Source of the DNA: a bacterium
Lineage (GTDB): Bacteria; UBA8248
Direction: 5' to 3'
DNA: 64,000 nucleotides
Assembly: GCA_963692865.2 (NCBI GenBank)
Contig: OY843592.1
Span: 544,001 to 608,000, forward strand
Below, in pieces: positions 39,301 through 48,450 of the stretch (position 1 is its first letter; every line of letters starts with the position of its first letter). The translations under genes and the position numbers were made by a program. The notes beneath the pieces were generated by a model that saw only the letters and a program-made list of their open reading frames with translations, was not told the origin of the DNA and searched no databases.

Positions 39301-39543
39301 GGTCATCCGGTTCAAGCCCTCCACCGAGGTGAGCTTCTCCTCGATGGGCTTCGACACCTCTTCTTCCACTTCCAGAGGCGCAGCGCCCCTGTATTCGGTT
39401 TCCACCGTGATGACGGGTCTGTCGACCGTGGGCGTCATCTGCACCGGTATCCGGTAGAGGCTGATGGCGCCGAAGAGCACCGCCAGGATGACCCCGACGG
39501 TGGTCGTCACGGGGTATTTGACGCTCGCGCGGGGCAGATTCAT
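36343..39543 (-). CDS. RND efflux transporter permease (AcrB/AcrD/AcrF family)
   Basis: GMVVDNSVVVLENI, GIVVNNAILLV, RMRPIFMT. Confidence 0.93.
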   Translation of the reverse strand: MNLPRASVKYPVTTTVGVILAVLFGAISLYRIPVQMTPTVDRPVITVETEYRGAAPLEVEEEVSKPIEEKLTSVEGLNRMTSRSEEGKSRVFLEFDWDVNKDVARLDVSEKLGLVRNLPDDSDRSTVNALNSDAENPIAWMVVETKLPINEVRMEAENVIRPKLERVEGVGQVWMFGGQEREVRVTLDYAAMSARGITVSALRTALQRENKNTKAGKIDEGKRRYSVRTVGNFTRLDQLRNTIIAQNANGAVYLRDVAKVSFDYGDLQRRIRLRQVPTMAFGALRKTGANTIEVMAGVKKAIAEINDIYAGRGIRLRQVYDETVYIDQSRSLVINNIFIGGALAIGVLLLFLGSLSSVMIIGVAIPVTVVSTFIFIFVLGRSINIISLAGMAFAVGMVVDNSVVVLENIFRHREMGKSKWDAAVDGAHEVWGAVLASTLTTLAVFVPVVFVQDESGQLFRDIAIAISVAVALSLIVSISVVPMLSSRILSGAGKISPLTHFFRILGVYALGRLCRRVYVATLGWLLRGVVRRVFVAALITAGAIAVAVLSFPPIDYLPKGNRNLLFVIVRTPAGLNLDEVDKVARTLEAKLDHVKEIDRFFAVVRTQNPIIGIIAKKEYADLDSMRGLVRKLFRDLQGTPGVRTFVTQAPLFRRRGAGFIGGINLKVDITGDSLSEIQRIAADVGARARGLGGVRFVNSSFDLGNPELQVHVDRQRASDFGLSVAELGSVVETLVNGTKAGIFRDRGEELDIILRGPLSDFTMTQRIEELKVHTPEGQVVSLGDIARVRAALGPTKVEHIDRDRSVTLTVNIGSELPLQVAIDRIKKEVIEPMRQTLPLGYSLGVSGRAKDLERTWSSLKWSLLLALLITYLLMAALFEAWSYPLIIMFSVPFAATGGVLMVSLMNTIEPSVKMDTLTMLGFIILTGIVVNNAILLVHQALNHFRAGLPMREAILESARDRMRPIFMTTTTTVLGMLPLVISSGAGSELYRGLGSAVLGGLAMSTIFTLLLIPVVFSLWVDFLALIRPASFAAGAAVASPSGASGAPSGRVRSRKAVNLIEDEEEA

Positions 39544-39657
39544 CCCCTCTCCCTCATTGGCGGCTCTGCTGCGAATCGCTCATGCGTGCGGCGGCGTGCA
39601 GAATCTTGCGCCGCGATCATGCCTTCAACAAACGTACCGGCTTTAGCCTCTCGCGCA

Positions 39658-41019
39658 TCATCCACCGGCGCCGCGCCGGGAATCAGCCGCGGGCTTTCCA
39701 CCTCTTCTGGGACTGCCTCCGCGAGGAGCGCCGCGTCTGGGGGGGCCGCCGCGCCCCCCGCCGGGCCTGCCGCCCCGGCCCTGTACGCGAACGGGCATGC
39801 CGGATCTCAAATTCTCGTTTCCCTTCACCACCACCTGCACCCCGACCCTGAGCGCGCCGCCCGGAACTTCCATGAAAGAATCCACGCTTCTGCCCTGCGC
39901 AAAGGAAACCTCGCGGACGCGCCCTTTCTCGAAGACGAAGACCGAAGGCCCGCGCGCTCTCAAGATCAGGGCGTCCTTGGGCACCAGAACCATTCTGGCC
40001 GCCTTTCCGTATTCGAGGCTCAGGCGGGCGAACATGCCGGCCTTCAGGTCGTAGGACTCGGTGTTCGTTATCTCCACTTCCACCGGAAAGGTCCGACTCT
40101 TGGGGTCCGCCTTGGGGATGACGCCGCGCACCCGGCCCCTGAACGTCCGGCCCCCCAGAGCGTCGATGACGACGCGCGCCTCATCGCCCACGCGAACCAG
40201 CGATATGCGCCGCTCCGCAATAGGGGCCTGCACCAGCACCTTGTCGAGTTCGATGACTTCGGCTACGCGGCCCCCCTTGGTGAGCCACTGACCGACCTCC
40301 ACCCATTCCCGGGTGATGAAACCCGTGAGCGGGGAGCGAATCTTCGTCTTGGCCAGATCGTCGCGCACCCGGGCGACGCGCGCCCGCACCCTGTCCACTT
40401 CCGCCTTGGCGCGGGCCTTCTCCTCCCTCCGGGGGCCGAGCCTGGCTATCTCCAGATTGCGGGAGGCCTCCTCGAACAACTGCCAACTGGCTTCATAGGC
40501 GGCCTCGGCGCGGTCCAGGCTGGCCTTGTCCAGAATTTTCTTCTCATACAGATCCCGCGCGCGGTTGAGTTCCAGTTCGTTGTTCCTCATCTGCGCCTCG
40601 CGCTCGCGCACCTTGGCCTGAAGCGCCGCGATCTCCTCGGGGCGCTTTCCGCGCTCCAGGCGCAGAAGGTCCTGGCGCGCCTTTTCCAGTTCCGCCCGCA
40701 GGATGCGCAGATCAATCTGAAGCCCCGAACGCCCCACCGTGGCGAGCACCGTCTTGTTCGCGCGGACGAAATCGCCCACCTTGATCGGGGCCGACCGCAC
40801 CCGGCCTTCGAGTTCGCTGCTTACGACCGAACGGCGATAGGGCGCCACGCTGCCCACGGCGGTGAGGCGGTTCCTCACCTGGCGCTCCACCACCTTCGCC
40901 ACGGACACCAGCGGCGGGGGCCGCTTGCGCGGACGCCCGGCTTCGGAGGCGGGGATGTTCCAACCGAAAGGCGCAAGAATGATGAGAACGGAAATGGCTC
41001 GGGCGATGAAAGAGTTCAC
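39658..41019 (-). CDS. RND efflux periplasmic adaptor (MFP)
   Basis: Lipoyl motifs, long alpha-hairpin, IRSPLTGFI, KAGMFAR, VPKDAL; Gly/Arg-rich tail. Confidence 0.9.
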   Translation of the reverse strand: MNSFIARAISVLIILAPFGWNIPASEAGRPRKRPPPLVSVAKVVERQVRNRLTAVGSVAPYRRSVVSSELEGRVRSAPIKVGDFVRANKTVLATVGRSGLQIDLRILRAELEKARQDLLRLERGKRPEEIAALQAKVREREAQMRNNELELNRARDLYEKKILDKASLDRAEAAYEASWQLFEEASRNLEIARLGPRREEKARAKAEVDRVRARVARVRDDLAKTKIRSPLTGFITREWVEVGQWLTKGGRVAEVIELDKVLVQAPIAERRISLVRVGDEARVVIDALGGRTFRGRVRGVIPKADPKSRTFPVEVEITNTESYDLKAGMFARLSLEYGKAARMVLVPKDALILRARGPSVFVFEKGRVREVSFAQGRSVDSFMEVPGGALRVGVQVVVKGNENLRSGMPVRVQGRGGRPGGGRGGPPRRGAPRGGSPRRGGKPAADSRRGAGG

Positions 41020-41264
41020 GTATCTTCTCTTTTCTCATAAGGGTCGCGCCATGCGCGCTGGCTTTTCAACGGCAATCAAGGCGAACATCATCCCAAAGCC
41101 TTTGAAAAATCGCAACTAACGAGCTAAATCACCGAGTGGAGGCACCGCCTGGGCGCGCCGTCGGAACTTGCGGCTTGTTCTTTCGGAACCCAAGGTTCAT
41201 AATGCCGACTCCAGACATTGAATGAACGGAAGCAACGCCCGCCGCTCGGGAAACGGCCTTTCAC

Positions 41265-42881
41265 ATGCGCATCGTTCTCGCCGGTCACAACGTCGACGTC
41301 GACGTACTCCGCCAGATGAAAAAAGAAATTATCGAGCCAGCCGCCCGCGGCTGGGAGGAGAACCGCCTCGACGCCATGAGCGAGGCCGAACTGCGCGCGC
41401 AGGCGGCGGAGCTCCAGCGCAGGGCCGCCGATTTCCTCGAACGCGACAACCTGACGCCCGAGCCCATCAGCGCGTCCTACGCGCGCATCAGCCGCGACCC
41501 TCGGCCCATCGACGAGCTTCGCGCCACCGCGCGCGAAGAGGTGGAAAAGGCGAGAAAAAGCAACGAGACCATCATCTTCGGCTACGGGCACAGCTCCGTG
41601 GCCGAGCACGCGAGCTTCAACATCGACGTCATCGGCGTGAGCCGCTACGCGGTGGAGGAGATCCAGAAGTTCAGGCTCCTGGCCTATACGGAAAAAAGCC
41701 AGCGCTACATCCTGCTCGAAGACGACTTCGTGATTCCTGAGGAAATCGAAAACGCCGGTCTCAAGAATCTCTTCGTGCGGACGATAAAGGCCCAGAACGC
41801 CTGTTATCACGCCCTGTACGAGAAGCTCAGACCCTGGGTGTTCGACCGGAACTCGGAACTCGCCGCGAAGAAGAGAAACCACAAGACGCTGGAGGGCTGG
41901 GCCAAGGAGGACGCGCGCTACATCGTCTCTTTCGCCACCGAATCGCAAATCGGCATGACGCTCAGCGCGAGGAGCCTCGAGCACGTCATTTGCCGCTGCG
42001 CCTCGCATCCCCTCGCGGAAATCAGGGAATACGCGCGGCGTCTCTATGAATGCGTCGAGGGCGTGGCGCCCTCCCTCGTGAAATACACCGACCCCACCGA
42101 ATACAACGCCCACACCCGGGCGGCGCTGCGGGAAACGGCTTCGGATATCATCGGGAGAATGGAGGAGGAGACCGAGCCGGCTCCGCCCATCGCCGAGGAG
42201 AAAGACGTCGCCCTCATCGACGTCACCCCGGACGCGGACGCGCTCGTCGCCGCCGCGCTCCTCCATTCATCCTCAGGGAAAACGATGGCGCATTGTAAGG
42301 CGGCGGCCCGGGATATGGACCCGGAGGAGCGCGCGCGCTTCATCGCCTCCACCTTCCGGCTCATGCGCGGGCACGACGCCGTGCTCCGCGAGTTCGAGAA
42401 CGTGCGCTGCGTTTTCGAGGTGACGCTCTCCGCCGCGTGTTTCGGACAACTCAAGCGCCACCGCATGTCCACCCTGAACACCCAGCCCTACGACATCTCC
42501 CTGGGCGTTACCACCCCCTCGTCGATCGCCGAAGCGGGCGCTAATCTCGAGTTTCAGGCCGCCGTGGACGAGACCAACGCCGCGTACGAGAAGATCGCCG
42601 CGCAAGCGCCGCTGGCCGCCCCCTACGTGCTCACGAACGCGCACAAACGCCGCGTGCTGTTCGCAGCGAACGCGCGCGAACTCTACCACGTGTCGAGGCT
42701 CCGGGAAGACCCCCACGCCCAGTGGGACATCCGCGACAAGTCCACGCAGATGATAAGACTCGCGAAGAAGGTCATGCCGGCCACCATGCAACTGGCGGTG
42801 GGGAAACATCTCTTCGAGGAAACCCACGCGGCGCTCTTCCCGCAGGAAGTCGAGGAAGCCCAAAAAGAGACCGTCAAGTAG
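41265..42881 (+). CDS. thyX: FAD-dependent thymidylate synthase, tandem Thy1 domains
   Basis: GHSSVAEH, SR..YTEKSQRY, EDARY in domain 1; QLKRHRMS, NARELYH, HAQWDIR in domain 2. Confidence 0.85.
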   Translation: MRIVLAGHNVDVDVLRQMKKEIIEPAARGWEENRLDAMSEAELRAQAAELQRRAADFLERDNLTPEPISASYARISRDPRPIDELRATAREEVEKARKSNETIIFGYGHSSVAEHASFNIDVIGVSRYAVEEIQKFRLLAYTEKSQRYILLEDDFVIPEEIENAGLKNLFVRTIKAQNACYHALYEKLRPWVFDRNSELAAKKRNHKTLEGWAKEDARYIVSFATESQIGMTLSARSLEHVICRCASHPLAEIREYARRLYECVEGVAPSLVKYTDPTEYNAHTRAALRETASDIIGRMEEETEPAPPIAEEKDVALIDVTPDADALVAAALLHSSSGKTMAHCKAAARDMDPEERARFIASTFRLMRGHDAVLREFENVRCVFEVTLSAACFGQLKRHRMSTLNTQPYDISLGVTTPSSIAEAGANLEFQAAVDETNAAYEKIAAQAPLAAPYVLTNAHKRRVLFAANARELYHVSRLREDPHAQWDIRDKSTQMIRLAKKVMPATMQLAVGKHLFEETHAALFPQEVEEAQKETVK

Positions 42882-45276
42882 CGGTTCCACCACCCGCCTT
42901 CTGCCGGAACAGGACGGCGACTCCCGCCGCCAGTCCCAGGACGTGCAGCCAGGGGGGTCCCAGGAACAGAAGCAGGGACGCGCCAATCATCACCGTGCGC
43001 AGGGCGCCCCCCATGGGCGCCCTGCCGAATCCCATCGTCGCCATCGATAGAAGCGCGATGCCTGCGCAACTGACGGCCAGGCGGTAGGCCACCGTCCAGA
43101 ACGTCCCTTCGAGCAAAAGGAGTTCGGGGTAGTAGACGAACAAGTAGGGCACGATGAAGGCGGTGACCGCCAGCCTGCAGGCGGTGAAGCCCGTCTGCAT
43201 CGGGTTCGCGCCCGATATGCCCGACGCGCCGTAGGCGGCGAGCGCCACCGGCGGCGTGATGGAACTGATGACCCCGAAGTAGAAGATGAAGAAATGCGCG
43301 GCCACCAGCGGCGCGCCGAGACTCGTGACCGAGGGCGCCACCACGATGACCAGAAGCAGATAGGCGGCGATGGTCGGCAGCCCCATGCCCATGACGAGCG
43401 AGGCGATCATCACCAGGAAAAACGCGAGGAACAGGGACGTGGCCGCCATCTCCGTCACCAGGATCGATATGCGCACGCCGACCGCGGCGAGCACCAAAAG
43501 GCCGACGATGAGGCCGATGGCGGACGTGGCCGCGACCAGGCCAAGCGAGTTTTTCGCCCCTGCCTCCAGGCTCCTCCAGACGGCGCCGCCCAGATCGCGC
43601 GCGCTCGCCTTCGCCTCGGGCGTCTCACCCGCCCTGAACACCGGCAGAGTGATCAGATAGACCACCATGCAACACAACGCGATGGGCAGCAGAATCCCGA
43701 CAAAGGGAATCTGCCCGACCCACGCGAGTTCGGTGGGGATCTTCCAGCGCGCCAGACCCAGCGCGACGGGAAAGACGATGGGAAGCCCCCGCCACCCCGG
43801 AACCGCAGCAAAACATAACCCGAGCAAAACCAACGCCAGCCTGTGAAGTTGAACCTCACCCCAGAGAGGCAGGTTGATTTTCTGAGAAACCAAGCCGGGC
43901 GCGTCCACCGGCCCAAAAGCGAAGAAGATAGCCGCCAGGATCAGTGCGCCCGTCAGACAGACCCCCGGATTCCCCCAGCTTGCCCGGATGAACCTCAGCG
44001 AGCGCACCATATCCACCATCACGAGAAGCGAGACAACCGCCTTGTACCCCGCAAGGCCCGGCGTCTCGCCGCTCACGATGCTGGCCAGCAGGATCAAAAC
44101 GGGAATCAGCAGGTAGCCCCCCTGTCTCACCTGCTCGCGCGCGTCTGGTATTTCCGATTTGTCCATTCGTTCCAGCCCGAGCCTGCGCGCTTCGAAATAG
44201 ATCGACGTGGAAAGACTGAAGTAATACAGAAAGGCCGGAATCAGCCCGTAGAGCATCAAATAGACGTAAGGCACCTCGATGATCTCGGACATGATGAAGA
44301 CGCTCGCGCCCATGATGGGCGGCACGATTTGCCCGCCGCACGAGGCCACGGCCTCCACCGCCCCCGCGAACAGGCGCGAGAACCCGGTGCGGATCATCAG
44401 CGGTATCGTAAACGTGCCAGTACTCACCACGTTGGCCATGGTCGAGCCCGAAACCATGCCGAACATCGAACTGGCGACGACGGCCGCCTGGGCGGGTCCG
44501 CCCCGGAAACGCCCCGTGAGCGCGAAGGCGAGGTTGATGAGTATCTGCCCGGTGCCCGTCGCCTCCAGAAGGGCGGAGAACAGAATGAAGATAAAGATGA
44601 ACTCGCTCATGATGGCCGAGATGGTTCCGAACGTGCCTTCTGAGGTGAGCCACAGGTAGGCGGCGAGGCGGCTGTGCTCCTCGCCCTTGAATGGATATAG
44701 GCCCGAGTCCAGAAAGCCGCGCCCCGGCCAGAGGAAGAACAAGAGGGCGAGCGCGGCGAAGCCCAGCGCAATCTTGATTCCGGCGTATCGCTTGAGCGCG
44801 ACGAATACGAGAAGGCAGGAGAAGATGATGAGCGTCACGTCGCCCAGATAGGAGTAGACCACGATGCAAAGCGTCACCACGAACAGGGGAATGCCCACCG
44901 CGCGGCGCACCATCTCGAGCAGCATGACGGGTCCCAGCCCCGCGACGATGAGGTCGAGCGTCGTCTCGGCTCCGCTTCTGTCCGCCAGGGCTTCTTCCTC
45001 GACCACGAGGTAGATGCAGGCGTAGAGCGCGAGGCCGATGAAAAGCGCGTCCCACCCGACCGCGAACGCGCGGGCGGGCGGAGCCATCTTCTCGCGCTTG
45101 CGCCAGTCCAGCATGGGCCTCGTGAGAAATACCAGCACGCTCGCGAAGGTGAGCATGGTCGCGCGCTGTGCGAAGGGCGAGAGAATCCCGAAGCCGACGG
45201 TGTAGAGTTCGAACAGGGAAAAACCCAGCGCGAGCACCGTTACGATCTTGGCGTTGAGCCTGCGGTAGGCGTTCAA
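42874..45276 (-). CDS. TRAP transporter fused 4TM/12TM permease (TAXI type)
   Basis: GGPAQAAV, AVEAVASCGGQIVPPIMGAS, GMGLPTIAAY, ITPPVALAAY. Confidence 0.92.
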   Translation of the reverse strand: MNAYRRLNAKIVTVLALGFSLFELYTVGFGILSPFAQRATMLTFASVLVFLTRPMLDWRKREKMAPPARAFAVGWDALFIGLALYACIYLVVEEEALADRSGAETTLDLIVAGLGPVMLLEMVRRAVGIPLFVVTLCIVVYSYLGDVTLIIFSCLLVFVALKRYAGIKIALGFAALALLFFLWPGRGFLDSGLYPFKGEEHSRLAAYLWLTSEGTFGTISAIMSEFIFIFILFSALLEATGTGQILINLAFALTGRFRGGPAQAAVVASSMFGMVSGSTMANVVSTGTFTIPLMIRTGFSRLFAGAVEAVASCGGQIVPPIMGASVFIMSEIIEVPYVYLMLYGLIPAFLYYFSLSTSIYFEARRLGLERMDKSEIPDAREQVRQGGYLLIPVLILLASIVSGETPGLAGYKAVVSLLVMVDMVRSLRFIRASWGNPGVCLTGALILAAIFFAFGPVDAPGLVSQKINLPLWGEVQLHRLALVLLGLCFAAVPGWRGLPIVFPVALGLARWKIPTELAWVGQIPFVGILLPIALCCMVVYLITLPVFRAGETPEAKASARDLGGAVWRSLEAGAKNSLGLVAATSAIGLIVGLLVLAAVGVRISILVTEMAATSLFLAFFLVMIASLVMGMGLPTIAAYLLLVIVVAPSVTSLGAPLVAAHFFIFYFGVISSITPPVALAAYGASGISGANPMQTGFTACRLAVTAFIVPYLFVYYPELLLLEGTFWTVAYRLAVSCAGIALLSMATMGFGRAPMGGALRTVMIGASLLLFLGPPWLHVLGLAAGVAVLFRQKAGGGTAT

Positions 45277-45305
45277 GGCGACTGACCCCTCGGAACGAAC
45301 AAAGA

Positions 45306-45341
45306 CCCCCCTCCGTGGATTTTCACTTCCGCGAAGGGGGG
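45306..45341 (-). terminator. Hairpin after the TAXI binding-protein gene (terminator or mRNA stabiliser)
   Basis: CCCCCC..GGGGGG stem followed by TCTTTGTT on the minus strand. Confidence 0.5.
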
Positions 45342-45375
45342 AGATTCCTTGATTTTCAAAACCGGCGGGGATGCC

Positions 45376-46344
45376 CTAGCAGCCCTTGGCGCCCACCTCC
45401 TTGTAGTAGCGCTTGGCGCCGTCATGCAGCGGGAAGGAAAGACCCTCACACGCCCCTTCGAGCGTGACGTTCTTCGCCGCCTTGGCCGTGCCGTAGAATT
45501 CCTTGAGGTTGCCGAACAGGGTTTTCGTCACCTTATATACAACGTCGGCGCTCACGTGGGTGCTGGTGGAGAACCCGAAGTTGATGAAGATGGTGCGCAC
45601 CGGCTTTTTGTTCACTTGGTTCTTGCCGTAGGCGCCCGGCGCGATGGTGGTCGCCGTGAGGCCTGGTCCGTAAGTGTCGACCACGTGTTTCACGGCCGCC
45701 TCGTCCATGTCCACCAGGCGGATCTTCTTGAGCGCCGCCAATTCCTGCACCAGTCCCATCGGCGCCATGCCCATCGTGAGGTGGGCGGCGACGTTGCCGT
45801 TTCGCAACTGGCCGAACCCGCCCCGGAAGCCGGGGGTGGTTTCCTTGTAGTCGCCCTTCTTGAGGCCGTGGGCGGGCAGGAAGTAGCGCGCATACGTCTG
45901 GGTGGTGCTGGCGGCGGAACCCACCGAGACCTTCTTGCCCTTCACGTCCTTTAAGTTCATAACGCCCGAATCGGCCAGTGCCAGCCACTGAAACTGCCCG
46001 AAGGGATACGCCAGAACGGCGCGCAGGTTCTTCTTGGGGCCTTCTTTCTTGAAGCGCCGCTCGCCCTTGTAGGCCCATGCGCCCACCGGGCCGCCGAGAC
46101 CCCACGCGAACTGCGCCTGGCCCTTGGCGATGATGCGCGCCTGCGCCACCATGCCCTTGGCCGATTGCGGCGTAGCGTTGATGCCCGCCTTCGACTTGAG
46201 AATCTTGCTCAGCCCGACGGCGAACTGATAGGGCTGACCCTTGAGTCCGCCGCCCAGAATAGTGACCGACTGCGCAAATGCGGCGGCGGCGAAAAAGAAT
46301 ACGGCCGAAACCGCGACTGCGATGCTGAAGCATGTGCGTTTCAT
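45376..46344 (-). CDS. TAXI family TRAP solute-binding protein
   Basis: KGKKVSVGSAAS, DVVYKVTK, PLHDGAKRYYKEVG. Confidence 0.9.
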   Translation of the reverse strand: MKRTCFSIAVAVSAVFFFAAAAFAQSVTILGGGLKGQPYQFAVGLSKILKSKAGINATPQSAKGMVAQARIIAKGQAQFAWGLGGPVGAWAYKGERRFKKEGPKKNLRAVLAYPFGQFQWLALADSGVMNLKDVKGKKVSVGSAASTTQTYARYFLPAHGLKKGDYKETTPGFRGGFGQLRNGNVAAHLTMGMAPMGLVQELAALKKIRLVDMDEAAVKHVVDTYGPGLTATTIAPGAYGKNQVNKKPVRTIFINFGFSTSTHVSADVVYKVTKTLFGNLKEFYGTAKAAKNVTLEGACEGLSFPLHDGAKRYYKEVGAKGC

Positions 46345-46678
46345 CGAATGACCTCCTTGGGAATAAAGAAAAAGACAACCCCTTTCCTCTGCCGGGAGAA
46401 AAACGGTTGGACGAAAAACAAGTCTCTAAAAATCAATTTCACGCGGTGATGAAAAAATATAGCACAAAATCCATAGTACCCAAAAAATACGAATTTCAGG
46501 TAGAACCTGGGTGGACATCACATAAAAAAGAGAATGCCGGCGAGGTTGTCCGCCTTGTTTTTCCGTGAGAAAATCCCGTCTCAAACTCAAAATTGACGCA
46601 GACCGTCAAACGCCTTAGAGTGGGCGCATCATTTCGCCGCACGAGCCGCCGGGGACACTTTTCGCACGAGGGCTCGCC

Positions 46679-47194
46679 ATGACGACTTTCTTTCAAACGC
46701 TCATCCGCCCCGACCGGGAGGAAAGCGCCCAGCGCGCCGAAGTCGCCAAGGCGGCGAACCTGCTGCAGGTGGGCGAATTCCAGTTCCTCCAGCTCGCCTA
46801 CAGCGAATGGCACGGGAAGGAGATGTCCGAAGAACTCATCAACAGCATGTTCATGTCCTATATGCTCTACGATCAGGTGCCCTACTGGGCGCGCCACCAC
46901 GCTCACCAGATACTGGAACTGGACAGGCGCGGCGAGTTGAACGACAGGGATCCCGCCTACCACAGATACGACAAGGATTACGGGAAGATAAGACCCAGAG
47001 ACGTCAAGCGCTTCATCGTGACCGCCACCCTCATGGTGTCGATCATGACCGGCATCGTCTGGCTGAGTCACCTCGTCGCCGGTGAGAGCACGTCTTTCCT
47101 GCCGCCCTACTTCGAGAAAAAAGAAATGAAGGCCATGTCGAAGGAGCGCAATATCCAGGATACGTCCCTGGCGCCGGGGCGCTACAATAGATAG
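46679..47194 (+). CDS. Hypothetical protein with one TM helix
   Basis: Clean GC3-biased ORF; GEFQFLQLAY..W.G and VPYWARH. Confidence 0.7.
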   Translation: MTTFFQTLIRPDREESAQRAEVAKAANLLQVGEFQFLQLAYSEWHGKEMSEELINSMFMSYMLYDQVPYWARHHAHQILELDRRGELNDRDPAYHRYDKDYGKIRPRDVKRFIVTATLMVSIMTGIVWLSHLVAGESTSFLPPYFEKKEMKAMSKERNIQDTSLAPGRYNR

Positions 47195-47225
47195 CGTGGA
47201 TTAAACTTCCAAGCCGAGGTTGGTC

Positions 47226-47426
47226 ATGTTCGATTTCGCAGGCGAGCATCAGAATGCGGTAAACTTCATCTTCTTGTTCGTCACGGGCTTCATCGCCATC
47301 AAGGCCATCCGCACGAAAAATCCCGACGGCGGGGCGGATTTCGTGCACCTTCTCTTCGGCTGCATCGCTGCGGTATTCTTCTTTCTGGTCCTGTTCCAGG
47401 ACGTGCTCGGCATCGTGCGTTTTTAG
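47226..47426 (+). CDS. Small two-TM hypothetical protein
   Basis: GAGG RBS, two hydrophobic segments. Confidence 0.65.
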   Translation: MFDFAGEHQNAVNFIFLFVTGFIAIKAIRTKNPDGGADFVHLLFGCIAAVFFFLVLFQDVLGIVRF

Positions 47427-47471
47427 AGCGTCACGCCCGCTGAATCGCCAAATCGTTTCCGCATAGACTTC

Positions 47472-48125
47472 TCAGGGTTTGTGCATGCGCTGCGCCGCGT
47501 CGATCTCCTGCACGCGCAACAGGCGTTTTTCCGGCGGGAGGGCGAGTTGCTCTTTCAGGTATATCGCGCGCTTGCGCACCGTGGACGGGTTCGGCGTGCC
47601 ATAAATCACCTTGTCGATGATTCCGGGCCCGTCCAGCACCCCCTGGTCGGTCCTGAGCGCCTCGATGTAATCGGCGAGCGCCTCCTTGTAGCGGCCCCGC
47701 CTGTCGTGGACGATGCCCCGGTTGGCATAGGCCGCCGCCATGAGGCCGACGCCCGTCGGGTCGTCGGATTCGAGATTTTTCCTGAGATAGTCGATGAGAT
47801 AGGTAAGTTCGGACGAGGCCTCCTCGTATTGCTCCGTCCGGATGAACACCAGCGCGCGGCCCATCAGCGCGCCCCGGTGGTCGGGCCGCTCGCGCAGCGC
47901 CCGGTTGAAGCTCGCCAAAGCTTCATCGAAATTCCCCTCGCTCAGCCGGATGTCGCCCTCGCGGGTGGCGTAATCCCCCGGCGCTTCCTTGGCGTACATC
48001 TCCCACAGCGCCCACGCGGAGAACATGACGAAGATGAGGATCGCCATGTTCTTGATGAAGCGCTTGAGCACGCGCGAACGAGGATCGCCTTGTTCTTGAT
48101 GAAGCTCCTGGTTCATCAGGGTCAC
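47472..48125 (-). CDS. Membrane-anchored TPR protein
   Basis: N-terminal TM; EALASFNRAL, AYANRGIVH..GRYKEALADY. Confidence 0.85.
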   Translation of the reverse strand: MTLMNQELHQEQGDPRSRVLKRFIKNMAILIFVMFSAWALWEMYAKEAPGDYATREGDIRLSEGNFDEALASFNRALRERPDHRGALMGRALVFIRTEQYEEASSELTYLIDYLRKNLESDDPTGVGLMAAAYANRGIVHDRRGRYKEALADYIEALRTDQGVLDGPGIIDKVIYGTPNPSTVRKRAIYLKEQLALPPEKRLLRVQEIDAAQRMHKP

Positions 48126-48355
48126 CGGAAAAGGTGGTTCATATAGAAATAGGAGAACACGAAGCAGAGCAGCAACGCCGTAATTCCGGCGCGCTTTCTA
48201 AGAGCGAGGCGTTCCTCGTCCGAGGTTTCGGAACCATCTCTCTCCGCGCGCCTGACGTACAGCACCCAGATGAGTTGGCGCACCGGAAGGAACAGCGCGC
48301 CTGCCAGCGCGAGAACCCATAGCAGCATGTATTTTGCGGTGAACAAATCAGCCAT
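48122..48355 (-). CDS. Small two-TM hypothetical protein
   Basis: Overlaps the TPR gene start (GTGA); hydrophobic. Confidence 0.7.
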   Translation of the reverse strand: MADLFTAKYMLLWVLALAGALFLPVRQLIWVLYVRRAERDGSETSDEERLALRKRAGITALLLCFVFSYFYMNHLFR

Positions 48356-48390
48356 CGGGTCGTTCAGCCATCAGGGCGGCGAAAAACAGC

Positions 48391-48420
48391 GCGGGGGAGG
48401 GACTCACACCCCTCCCCCGC
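48391..48420 (-). terminator. Rho-independent terminator-like hairpin after the SSS gene
   Basis: GCGGGGGAGGG/CCCTCCCCCGC stem then TGTTTTT. Confidence 0.65.
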
Positions 48421-48450
48421 ATGGCGAAACCTAAATCATCGTGGTCTCGT

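Noticed and set aside
38260-41040. 926-aa + strand ORF and other long shadow ORFs (14520-16028, 52531-54204, 52877-54304)
   Set aside because: Antisense or off-frame shadows of well-supported genes in GC-rich DNA
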